This document shows, piece by piece, positions 9,145 to 17,562 of a stretch of 64,000 nt of DNA (positions are counted from its first letter, which is position 1; each line of letters opens with the position of its first letter). The DNA is from Candidatus Kapaibacterium sp. (GTDB taxonomy: Bacteria; Bacteroidota; Ignavibacteria; Kapaibacteriales; UBA2268). A model generated the notes under the pieces. It was not told the origin of the DNA and did not search any database. It saw only the letters and a list, made by a program, of their open reading frames with translations. Position numbers and translations under genes: made by a program. The stretch is taken from positions 3,232,001-3,296,000 of the forward strand of contig OY762428.1 of assembly GCA_963665665.1 (NCBI GenBank). Reading direction: 5' to 3'.

Positions 9145-10449
9145 CTAAATAATACCATAAGATTTCAGCTTGCGCCAAAGTGTGGTACGGTGCATTCCAA
9201 GTTCAATTGCTGCTTTGGATTTATTTCCGCCGTTTCTTATCAGTGCGTACATTATCTGTTCCTTTTCGCTGCTCCCGTTATTTGTATCAGGTTTTGTTTT
9301 CAGGCTGTCGCGTATATTTCTCGGAAGGTTATCTGCCTGGATTTCATTTCCCCGGCACATAACAAAAGCGTGCTCGATAGCATTTTCCAATTCACGAACA
9401 TTTCCGGGGAAAGGATAGCGGCGCAGCATTGCCATTGCTTCGGGTGATATGGATTTTATCTTCTTTTTAAATTTCTTCTTAAATGATTTAATGAAGAAAT
9501 CAGCGAGCAGCGGTATATCTTCCGGCCTGTCGTGCAGGGCGGGAACGTTAATATCCACAACATTGATCCTGTAATACAGGTCTTCGCGAAAATTACCGTT
9601 GGCAATTTCTTTCTTCAGGTCGGCGTTGGTTGCCGCAATAATCCGGGCATCTGATCTCATTGTTTTTGACGAACCAAGAGGCATGTATTCTCCGTTGTTA
9701 AGTACCCTTAGCAGTTTTACCTGCAGAGAAGTATCCATTTCGCTTATTTCGTCAAGCAGCAGAGTACCGCCATTTGCCATACAAAAAAGCCCCGGCTTAT
9801 CTCTCTTAGCATCTGTGAAGGCTCCTTTCTCGTACCCAAAAAGTTCCGATTCAAGCAATGTGGCCGGCAAAGCGGCACAATTAATTTTAATATACGGGCC
9901 ATACTGCCGGGGGCTCAGGTTATGAATTACCTGGGAAAATAGTTCCTTACCCGAGCCGCTGGGCCCCTGTACCAGCACGTTACAATCCGATTCCGCGATG
10001 TTCGGCAGCAGATGGATAAGTTGTTTCATTGCCGGGTTGACACTAACGATATCCTCGAGCTGCCTTTTTTGCTCAACATGTTTTTTAAGTTGTTCCAATT
10101 CTGATATATCGCTGAAAAATTCCACAGCCCCTACAACTTTGCCAACCTCGTCTTTTAGCAGGGTTGTGGTTACATTGATAGGAATTTCACATCCATTCTG
10201 AGAAATAATAGTTACCCTGACATTATCAATAGGAGCTTCGGTTTTCAGGGTATCCTTCAGCGCACACCTTTTATTACAAATTTCTGTGCGAAAAATATCA
10301 AAACAATGTTTTCCCAGAGCATCCTCGGCACTAAAACCGGTTATTTCCTCTGCCGCTTTATTGAACGAGGTAATGCGGCAACTCCTGTCAACAGTAAAAA
10401 CACCATCGCTAATACTATTGAATATTATCTTGCTAATTTTATCCGGCAT
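9145..10449 (-). CDS. PAS-domain sigma54-dependent enhancer-binding protein (PAS-AAA+-Fis HTH)
   Basis: N-terminal PAS; GPSGSGKE Walker A; ESELFGYEKGAFTDA; LLLDEISE; FPGNVRELEN; AAIELGMHRTTLWRKL. Confidence 0.93.
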   Translation of the reverse strand: MPDKISKIIFNSISDGVFTVDRSCRITSFNKAAEEITGFSAEDALGKHCFDIFRTEICNKRCALKDTLKTEAPIDNVRVTIISQNGCEIPINVTTTLLKDEVGKVVGAVEFFSDISELEQLKKHVEQKRQLEDIVSVNPAMKQLIHLLPNIAESDCNVLVQGPSGSGKELFSQVIHNLSPRQYGPYIKINCAALPATLLESELFGYEKGAFTDAKRDKPGLFCMANGGTLLLDEISEMDTSLQVKLLRVLNNGEYMPLGSSKTMRSDARIIAATNADLKKEIANGNFREDLYYRINVVDINVPALHDRPEDIPLLADFFIKSFKKKFKKKIKSISPEAMAMLRRYPFPGNVRELENAIEHAFVMCRGNEIQADNLPRNIRDSLKTKPDTNNGSSEKEQIMYALIRNGGNKSKAAIELGMHRTTLWRKLKSYGII

Positions 10450-10620
10450 CCTTTTCCATTCCGAGTGTTCATAAATATTCCAGTATGCTTATTACAATAA
10501 TAACAAGCTTTGGATAAAAATCAACCGTAAATATTTTTCCGTAATAATAAAGTTGTTGTTCTTATCTGTCAGAAACCATTTTATATTATAAGGCCTGAAA
10601 TAAAAGTATTTACTCGTACT

Positions 10621-11157
10621 TTACGCTGAGCAAAGCTCAATTTTTTTCCATTTGTCGCTTTCAATATTCAGTTTGTCGATAATAAGTGCAGCCTGGGAAT
10701 TCAAGGTAAACTGATCCGGCCTGTCCGGACCTACAAGAATAACCGGAGAAATAAAATTCCTGGCAAAATCCTCGATCGGCCTTCCTGAAAAGATTGCATT
10801 TTTATGCGGGTAAGCCAGCACAAGCATCTGAAACTCCCTGATCAGCAGGCAGCGATGCAGTTCTGTCCAGCTTTTATCATAGCATACCCTGAATCCAACG
10901 TTCAGGTAATCGCCTGCTTTCTCGTCATAGAAAAGTCGAAGATCTTTTTCTTTTCCTATCGCTATTCTGTCTAATTCATCTTTATCAACAGATTTTAAAT
11001 TTTCGTCAACTTCTTCGTAAGGATTCTGAAGAAATTCAAATACATTAAGCTGTTTGTCGGCGCTGGCTGCAAACCTCAGGGCATAATCGAAAGCCCAGTC
11101 GCCTTGCAGGGAATAGTTAGCACAAAATCCCACTGCATTGAAAGTTGGTATAGCCAT
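10621..11157 (-). CDS. Conserved hypothetical protein, possibly universal-stress-protein-like fold
   Basis: 178 aa; GFCANYSLQGDWAFDYAL start and PVILVG end resemble USP topology; GGAG RBS. Confidence 0.55.
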   Translation of the reverse strand: MAIPTFNAVGFCANYSLQGDWAFDYALRFAASADKQLNVFEFLQNPYEEVDENLKSVDKDELDRIAIGKEKDLRLFYDEKAGDYLNVGFRVCYDKSWTELHRCLLIREFQMLVLAYPHKNAIFSGRPIEDFARNFISPVILVGPDRPDQFTLNSQAALIIDKLNIESDKWKKIELCSA

Positions 11158-11193
11158 TGTAATATCTCCAATAAAAGTATTGTAAAAACCTAT

Positions 11194-12144
11194 TTATAAT
11201 TTCATGTTCTCAGTAGCTTCCTTCAGGTAATAATCCGAGTACAAAGCTCCGATAGGATTGTTTGCAAGGGATTTATCTTTAACAAACAAAGTTGTAACCG
11301 GAGCCTCGCTGTCCTGATTAAATATACAGTCCGAACCGATACACAGCCCCACCGATATATTCATGTCCGTCCCGATTAAATTCAATATTTTGGCCTGCCC
11401 TGCCGGATTGCATGGAGGAGATTCTTTTTCGTAATCCTCATCAGGATTGAAATTGTTTATCTTGCAGCACACCGGGAAAACCTGGAAAAAGCGTTTTAAT
11501 ACAGAAACAAGGATCTCTGTTGCCTCCTGCAGGTCAGTGCAATAAGCAACGCCGATTTTCCTGTAATTCATTTCCAAAGCGAAATATACCAGCTCGGACA
11601 AACGGCAAAGTTTTCGTTCATATTCGTAAGATATATCCCTGCTGATATCAATAATTTTCTTTCTGTCTTTCTTGTAGTCAGGAATATCAATTCCTGATAT
11701 TCCCTTGCACGGATTTCCTGCGAGGCAGGATTTTTCTTTGCAGTTCAGGCAGTTTATATAATAAACACCCTCTTCTTCAATATCATTTTCCTGAATATTA
11801 TCTACGGTTTTCACAGCGCTGAAACCAAAGCCCGGCCTTAAAGTATTGTTCTGTATTGCAACAGTCAGTTCGTCAATGGAACATGCAACATTATCAATTA
11901 TTCTGATGCCAAGCGAGCGGGCATAATTTTTATCGTCGTTATTGATTCCGCCGCATACAAGGAAATCAACCCTGTGCGAAGTAATTAATTTTAGTATATC
12001 CATCCATCCGGAACCACGGGATTCAATAGTATTAGTAAGAATTGTACCCTTACTGTCGGCAGCAATTTTTATGATCATTATGCTGTCGGCTATTGTGCAT
12101 CTCGGCGCTACTCTGCCGCTAAAAACCGGAACGGCGTATTTCAT
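11194..12144 (-). CDS. NifB/NifX (FeMo-co binding/Orange-protein-like) domain fused to Cys-rich DUF1847 domain
   Basis: YAVPVFSGRVAPR...VDFLVCGGI N-domain; CLNC-C-C, RLSELVYFA..KIGVAYC, VCCK, CNPAGQA, GLCIGSD, TTLFVKD C-domain; AGGAGA RBS before ATG 12144. Confidence 0.8.
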   Translation of the reverse strand: MKYAVPVFSGRVAPRCTIADSIMIIKIAADSKGTILTNTIESRGSGWMDILKLITSHRVDFLVCGGINNDDKNYARSLGIRIIDNVACSIDELTVAIQNNTLRPGFGFSAVKTVDNIQENDIEEEGVYYINCLNCKEKSCLAGNPCKGISGIDIPDYKKDRKKIIDISRDISYEYERKLCRLSELVYFALEMNYRKIGVAYCTDLQEATEILVSVLKRFFQVFPVCCKINNFNPDEDYEKESPPCNPAGQAKILNLIGTDMNISVGLCIGSDCIFNQDSEAPVTTLFVKDKSLANNPIGALYSDYYLKEATENMKL

Positions 12145-12174
12145 GTTTCTTTCTCCTTTCTGCAACATAAAAAC

Positions 12175-12190
12175 ACAAGTTATGTGCCAA
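12175..12190 (-). promoter_or_regulatory. Putative sigma54 -24/-12 promoter for leftward operon
   Basis: TTGGCACATAACTTGT on - strand: GG-N10-GT spacing, 30 bp upstream of start 12144. Confidence 0.65.
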
Positions 12191-12322
12191 GAGAAATCCA
12201 TGCTGTGATTATTCATTAAGCAAGCACCTGGTTTTCAAATTAAATGTATCTTTGTAACTATCAATATTATTATTATCTTAGTATGTGGGTAAAGTTATAT
12301 TTTATTGTTTTAAAGTTTTTTT

Positions 12323-12410
12323 TGCAACAGTGCAACAGGGGTATTCGAATACTGCAATAATACGTTGCATTAATGTTGCGATGCAATATAATGTTGCAAC
12401 AACTGCAACG
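12323..12410. promoter_or_regulatory. Putative upstream activator array (repeated TGCAAY/RTTGC half-sites)
   Basis: About 9 half-sites in 88 bp at roughly 10-bp spacing, between two sigma54-type promoters. Confidence 0.55.
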
Positions 12411-12604
12411 GTTTTGTTCTGACTAAATCCTTGAATTCGAGCAGCTACAAATTTTTTAATAAATATTTTGGGGACAAGCAGCAGCAAAAAATCAACAGTA
12501 TAATAAATACATGTAAATAAACAAATTATGTAATTACCAACAGGCCGTTGTTACAGCTCCGTCTGCTATTGCCAATACCCTTTAACTATTAAGCCAATTT
12601 TCCT

Positions 12605-12620
12605 TTGGTATGGTAATTGT
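12605..12620 (+). promoter_or_regulatory. Putative sigma54 -24/-12 promoter for redox operon
   Basis: TTGGTATGGTAATTGT: GG-N10-GT spacing, about 42 bp upstream of ATG 12663. Confidence 0.6.
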
Positions 12621-12662
12621 AAAATTCCGGATAAAAATTAATTCATATCATTGGAGCTTAAC

Positions 12663-14093
12663 ATGACTGAAAATGTATCTTCCGCACAGGGACAAAAGGA
12701 AATTGAAAAATTTCCTTACTACATTGAAAAGAAAAACTTCGGCCCGCGTGTAGCGCAATTTTTAGAAGCTTTCGCGGCTGTATTATCCTACACAGACTAT
12801 AAGTCCCTGCTTGATTCTTATTGCAGGACTTCAGCAAAATGCAACAGGTGTGCCGTTGCCTGTCCGATTTTTATCACAACCCAGGATCCTAAAGATATAC
12901 CATGCTACAAAACAAATATTCTTTTGGACATTTATAAAAGATACTTTACTCTTGGGGGATGGTTCGGATCAAGGTTCAAAGCCGAAAGATTTGAACTTAC
13001 CGAGGAAATGATTGACGAGATGCTTGACCTTTTCTACAGGTGTACTGCATGCCGCAGGTGCACACGTGAATGCCCCATGGGAGTTGACCACGGGTTGCTT
13101 ACAAGGCTTGGCAGGTATATTCTAAGCCTTATCGGTATAGTGCCAAAAGCCTTGCAGGTAAGTACTCGTGAACAGCTTGAAGGAGAAACACACAATACCT
13201 CGAAAATTCCAAAAGCTGCTTTGCTGAATACGCTTGAATTTCTGTCCGAGGAAATTGAGGAGATGACAGACGTAAAACTTGAATTCCCTACCGACAAGGA
13301 AAACAGGGATTATGTTTTCTTTTGTGCGGTAAGCGATTATTTGCTGGAACCGGACACATTGATGGGTAATGCTGCTGTATTATATGCTGCCGGTGATTGG
13401 GACAATTGGACTATTGGTACCTGCAATTACGACGGAATCAATTACGGGCTATTCTATAGCGACTGGCATTTAGAAAATATTATTAAGCAGTTGATTGGAG
13501 AAGTGGACAGGCTGAATGGAAAGAACATACTTATTGGCGAATGTGGCCATGCTTCACGTTCCGCTCATGATTTTGTACCCGTTTACGGTGGCAAGAATCC
13601 TTACCCGGTATTCAATTTCATGGAATATACCCTTGATTGCCTTAGGAAAGGCAAAATCACACTGGACCCGAACATTATCACCAAGAAAGTAACATACCAC
13701 GATCCGTGCAATATTGCCCGTTCAGGATGGATAGTGGACCAACCGAGGGAAATAATCAAGTCGTTCTGCAAAGATTATGTTGAAATGACTCCTTACGGAC
13801 AGGACAACTTCTGTTGCGGCGGCGGCGGAGGGCTTGTTTCCATAGATGAAATTCACAAATACAGAATGGAAGTCGGAGGCAGGGTTAAAGCTGAACAAAT
13901 AATTAAAACGGGAGCTGAAATCGTTATTTCGCCCTGTGCCAACTGCAAGAAACAGCTTAAGGAACTTGTAGAATATTACGAGTTGCCATGTAAGGTGGTT
14001 GGCCTCCACGACCTGATATTTCAGGCTATACACCTTCCCGGCGGAAAATCCCCCGCGGAACGAAAAGAAGAAAGAGAAATGTTTGAAATGTAA
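12663..14093 (+). CDS. Fe-S/CCG-domain oxidoreductase (DsrK/TmcB/HmcF/HdrD-like)
   Basis: CNRCAVAC and CTACRRCTRECPMG ferredoxin motifs; GECGH; TYHDPCN; FCCGGGGG; SPCANC; GGAG RBS. Confidence 0.85.
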   Translation: MTENVSSAQGQKEIEKFPYYIEKKNFGPRVAQFLEAFAAVLSYTDYKSLLDSYCRTSAKCNRCAVACPIFITTQDPKDIPCYKTNILLDIYKRYFTLGGWFGSRFKAERFELTEEMIDEMLDLFYRCTACRRCTRECPMGVDHGLLTRLGRYILSLIGIVPKALQVSTREQLEGETHNTSKIPKAALLNTLEFLSEEIEEMTDVKLEFPTDKENRDYVFFCAVSDYLLEPDTLMGNAAVLYAAGDWDNWTIGTCNYDGINYGLFYSDWHLENIIKQLIGEVDRLNGKNILIGECGHASRSAHDFVPVYGGKNPYPVFNFMEYTLDCLRKGKITLDPNIITKKVTYHDPCNIARSGWIVDQPREIIKSFCKDYVEMTPYGQDNFCCGGGGGLVSIDEIHKYRMEVGGRVKAEQIIKTGAEIVISPCANCKKQLKELVEYYELPCKVVGLHDLIFQAIHLPGGKSPAERKEEREMFEM

Positions 14094-14110
14094 ATAAATT
14101 TGGATGTACT

Positions 14111-14809
14111 ATGGAATGGTGGATTGATTTTGCAAAAGGGCCATTGTTTGCTCTTACTTTCCTGATAATGATTCTTGGCCTTGCCAGGCACGTTGTTTTG
14201 CAGATATATAACCTGTTTGTCAGCAAGGGTGGAAGGCTGAAGAATGTTTCATGGAAAAGTATATTTTCTGATATGGCCGGCTGGGCACTACCTGTAAAGC
14301 ACATGATAAAAGGAACGGTAGTATTTTCAAGCCTGTCGATTATTTTTCATGCGGCATTGATCCTGGTGGCTCTGCTGCTTACTGATCATATTGTGCTGTG
14401 GGAAGGCTTCCTTGGTATTGGCCTGCCCGAAATAGGGCGTGCTTTTGCAGACGCTCTGACGATAATCGTTATGGCTTCTATTCTGGGCCTGTTGGCGTGC
14501 AGAATATTTATCAAAAGGCTCAGGGCCATGAGTATGAAAAGCGACTATTATCTGCTTATACTCATATTTCTGCCTGTTATGTTTGGTTTCATGGCAGGTC
14601 ACCCCGGCGTTAATCCCTTTACATGGGAACTTGCAATGCTTTTGCATCTGCTAAGCGCCGAATTACTATTCGTGGTAATTCCTTTCTGCAAGCTGGCCCA
14701 TATCGTTCTTTATTTCTTCGATCGTCTTTCGCCTATCCACTGGCAGCTTAAGCCTGGTGCCGGCGATAAAGTAGCACACGCTTTGTTCGGAAAGGAGGCT
14801 AAAGTATAA
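14111..14809 (+). CDS. NarI/DsrM/HmcE-like membrane cytochrome b subunit
   Basis: About 5-6 TM helices; conserved His (IIFH, DH, LLH, PFCKLAH); starts with GPLF. Confidence 0.8.
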   Translation: MEWWIDFAKGPLFALTFLIMILGLARHVVLQIYNLFVSKGGRLKNVSWKSIFSDMAGWALPVKHMIKGTVVFSSLSIIFHAALILVALLLTDHIVLWEGFLGIGLPEIGRAFADALTIIVMASILGLLACRIFIKRLRAMSMKSDYYLLILIFLPVMFGFMAGHPGVNPFTWELAMLLHLLSAELLFVVIPFCKLAHIVLYFFDRLSPIHWQLKPGAGDKVAHALFGKEAKV

Positions 14810-15573
14810 TGTATTCTATTCTTGTTGATATAACTAAATGTACGGGCTGTGAAAAATGTGTTTCAGCCTGCGTTAAAACTAATAATCTTGATCCTGCAAG
14901 GGCAGATTATGACAGGGTTGTTTCCAAGGACGGGCTTTCTTCTTCGAAATATTTAAGCATTATTGATATGCAGGATGACAGATACGCACGTAAAAGCTGT
15001 ATGCATTGCCTGGAACCGGGCTGTGTTACTGCCTGCCTGGTTGGCGGCCTTACAAAATCACCCGAGGGGCCTGTAGTTTATGATCCTGACAAATGCATCG
15101 GGTGCAGGTACTGTATGCTGTCCTGCAATTTTCATATTCCGAGATATGAATGGGAAAAAACCAAGCCGCTTATGAGAAAGTGCGAGATGTGCTATTCCAA
15201 AGTAAAGGGCGGCGAAATACCGGCTTGCGTTGCCAATTGCCCGAACGGGGCTCTGGCTTTTGGCGAGCGGGATGGATTACTTAAAAAAGCAAAGAATATT
15301 ATTAATGCTTCCGGCGGACGCTATATTAATAAAGTCTGGGGCGAGCACGAAATGGGTGGAACCTGCGTGCTTTATATTTCTGATGTTGACCTGGAAAAAA
15401 TCGGATGGCCGGCTTCACATGACGAGTCTGTTGCCGAAGTTACCGAGCCACTGATAGAAAAAACTCCTGTAATTGGTTTGTCCGTGGCTACAAGCCTTTT
15501 CGGAATTAGCTGGATAGTTAACAGGAGAAATAAAATTGCATCGGAGAAAAAGAAGGAGAATAAAGATGGATAA
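14809..15573 (+). CDS. 4x[4Fe-4S] protein, HybA/HmcB-like, C-terminal membrane anchor
   Basis: CTGCEKCVSAC, CMHCLEPGCVTAC, CIGCRYCMLSC, KCEMC..PACVANCPNGAL; GEHEMGGT; hydrophobic tail then NRR. Confidence 0.88.
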   Translation: MYSILVDITKCTGCEKCVSACVKTNNLDPARADYDRVVSKDGLSSSKYLSIIDMQDDRYARKSCMHCLEPGCVTACLVGGLTKSPEGPVVYDPDKCIGCRYCMLSCNFHIPRYEWEKTKPLMRKCEMCYSKVKGGEIPACVANCPNGALAFGERDGLLKKAKNIINASGGRYINKVWGEHEMGGTCVLYISDVDLEKIGWPASHDESVAEVTEPLIEKTPVIGLSVATSLFGISWIVNRRNKIASEKKKENKDG

Positions 15574-17491
15574 AAAAAGATATATCAAGGATTTATTGTG
15601 GTTCCTGGTATTCTGGGGCGCAGTAGCAGCTATCTTTCGTCTTGTTTTCGGGCTTGGAGCCACAACAAACCTTAGCGATGAACTTCCCTGGGGGCTTTGG
15701 AAAATATTGAATATGATTGCGGGTGTTGCATTGTCAACATGCGGTTTTTCAGTTGGGTTTCTTGTTTACGTGCTGAAAATCGAGAGATTCAAACCACTGA
15801 TGAAGCCTGCTATTCTTGTAGCATTCCTGGGTTATGGATCATCCTGTGCGGCATTGCTGTTCGATATCGGGCTTCCTCATCGTTTCTGGCATCCATTTGT
15901 GTTCTGGAATCTTACTTCATTCCTTTTTGAAGTATTCTGGTGCGTGATATTATACTTTACCGTAACGGTGCTTGAACTTTCTCCGAGTATCCTGGAGAAA
16001 TACAAGATAGAAAAATTAGCTCACAAACTGCATAAAGCTTCGCCGGTGATAGTGATTATTGGCATCTCACTGTCATCACTTCATCATTCATCACTCGGGT
16101 CGCTTTTCCTGACAGCCCCGTTAAGGCTTCACGAATTGTGGTACACACCGTGGATTCCGCTGATGTTTATAATATCGGCAATTGGCGGGGGTATGTTCTT
16201 CCTGATAATTGCTAAAATGTTCTATGCCAGGTTCTACGATCCTGAATCTGTTTTCGGAAAGGATTTCTTCAGTGAGGGGCAGAATGTATGCTCGCTTGAC
16301 GGAACTCCGGTTAAAATGAAAACAAAAATTTTCGGCGAAGATATGAATATGCTTGGCGGCCTTGCCGTTATTGCTTCCTGGATTATGGGGATTTACCTCG
16401 TGCTTAAAATCTATGACCTTTTTGCATCGGGTTCAATTAACTCGCTTCTTTCAGGAACCTGGGAGTCATGGTTCTATATTGTTGAATTGGCTCTTACTGC
16501 AATAGTTCCAATAATTCTGGTATCAATCAGAAAGGTCAGGAAATCACCTCGCGGATTGGGACTGGCTGCATTGTCCGGAGCTTTTGGGGTAGTATTCAAC
16601 AGGTTAAATGCCGGTTTATTCGGATTTTTCAGGGATGCTTCTGATGTTTATATCCCGTCTCTTGCAGAAATAGCCCTGAGTGCCGGAGTAGTGGCAGCTG
16701 CAGCTTTGGCATTTCTGTATATTTCTTCCAACTTCACTATTTTCGATGAACATTGGAAAGAAAGAACAGTTGATAAAGGAATTTTCAGGTCTGCATTCGA
16801 TTCAATATCAAGAGTATGGCTGTCGGTGCTTCACAACGGACTTTACAGGGTGAGCCTGATAGGGATTGTTGTTTTGCCGGTGGCATTTGTATTTATGTAC
16901 CCGCCTTATGGCAATGATACTGATGATACTATCAAGCCCGCTGCAGGAGTTGATACCGAGAGAAAAGTATTGCTGATTGACGGTAATAATTCCGGAGTAA
17001 AAGCTGTTTTTGCCCATGCTGATCACCAGGAACGGCTCGGTGGCAAGCAGTCCTGCACTTCCTGCCATCATATTAATATGCCGAATGATAATTCCACTCC
17101 ATGCTATCGTTGTCATACTTCAATGACCGAGAAAACAAAAATATTCGATCATTCCTACCATACTATCGCCGTGGCAGAGGATAAGGGGATAGGCGGCCTT
17201 CATCCGGAAAACAATTCATGCAATATATGCCATTCAAAGAATGAAGCAAAAACTCCTTATAATACAATAAAATGTGAGGAATGCCACGAACAGGATATGA
17301 ACCTTAGTGCCGATATGATGAAAAATCCGAATTTCCTTTACGCTTCGGGATATATGGATGCCATGCACGGTACATGTGTTAAATGTCATGAAAAGAATGA
17401 TAAAATGATGGATCCGATTGCTAAAAGAAAATTAAGCGATTGTTCTACCTGCCACAAAGAGAACGAAAGTACGAAACTATCAGCACGATAA
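15566..17491 (+). CDS. NrfD/HybB/HmcC-family membrane protein fused to hexaheme class III (c3-like) cytochrome
   Basis: GLGATTNLSDELPWGLW, DIGLPHRFW, SFLFEV, LSSLHHSSLGSL; six CxxCH (CTSCH, CYRCH, CNICH, CEECH, CVKCH, CSTCH); AGGAG RBS before 15566. Confidence 0.88.
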   Translation: MDKKRYIKDLLWFLVFWGAVAAIFRLVFGLGATTNLSDELPWGLWKILNMIAGVALSTCGFSVGFLVYVLKIERFKPLMKPAILVAFLGYGSSCAALLFDIGLPHRFWHPFVFWNLTSFLFEVFWCVILYFTVTVLELSPSILEKYKIEKLAHKLHKASPVIVIIGISLSSLHHSSLGSLFLTAPLRLHELWYTPWIPLMFIISAIGGGMFFLIIAKMFYARFYDPESVFGKDFFSEGQNVCSLDGTPVKMKTKIFGEDMNMLGGLAVIASWIMGIYLVLKIYDLFASGSINSLLSGTWESWFYIVELALTAIVPIILVSIRKVRKSPRGLGLAALSGAFGVVFNRLNAGLFGFFRDASDVYIPSLAEIALSAGVVAAAALAFLYISSNFTIFDEHWKERTVDKGIFRSAFDSISRVWLSVLHNGLYRVSLIGIVVLPVAFVFMYPPYGNDTDDTIKPAAGVDTERKVLLIDGNNSGVKAVFAHADHQERLGGKQSCTSCHHINMPNDNSTPCYRCHTSMTEKTKIFDHSYHTIAVAEDKGIGGLHPENNSCNICHSKNEAKTPYNTIKCEECHEQDMNLSADMMKNPNFLYASGYMDAMHGTCVKCHEKNDKMMDPIAKRKLSDCSTCHKENESTKLSAR

Positions 17492-17503
17492 ATCGGATCT
17501 CCC

Positions 17504-17546
17504 AAAAAAAAAGGGCTGTTCCCGGAAACAGGGCAGCCCTTTTTTT
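17504..17546. terminator. Bidirectional intrinsic terminator
   Basis: A-run, agggctg...cagccct stem, T-run, between convergent genes. Confidence 0.8.
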
Positions 17547-17562
17547 GATATTTTTACAAAAA

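Noticed and set aside
11194-12144. Nitrogen fixation inferred from the NifB/NifX-like domain
   Set aside because: The domain is widespread outside nif clusters; no nifHDK in the window
12663-17491. Direct call of dissimilatory sulfate reduction or assignment of dsr/hmc gene symbols
   Set aside because: No dsrAB/dsrC/aprAB here, and the paralogous families cannot be separated without phylogeny
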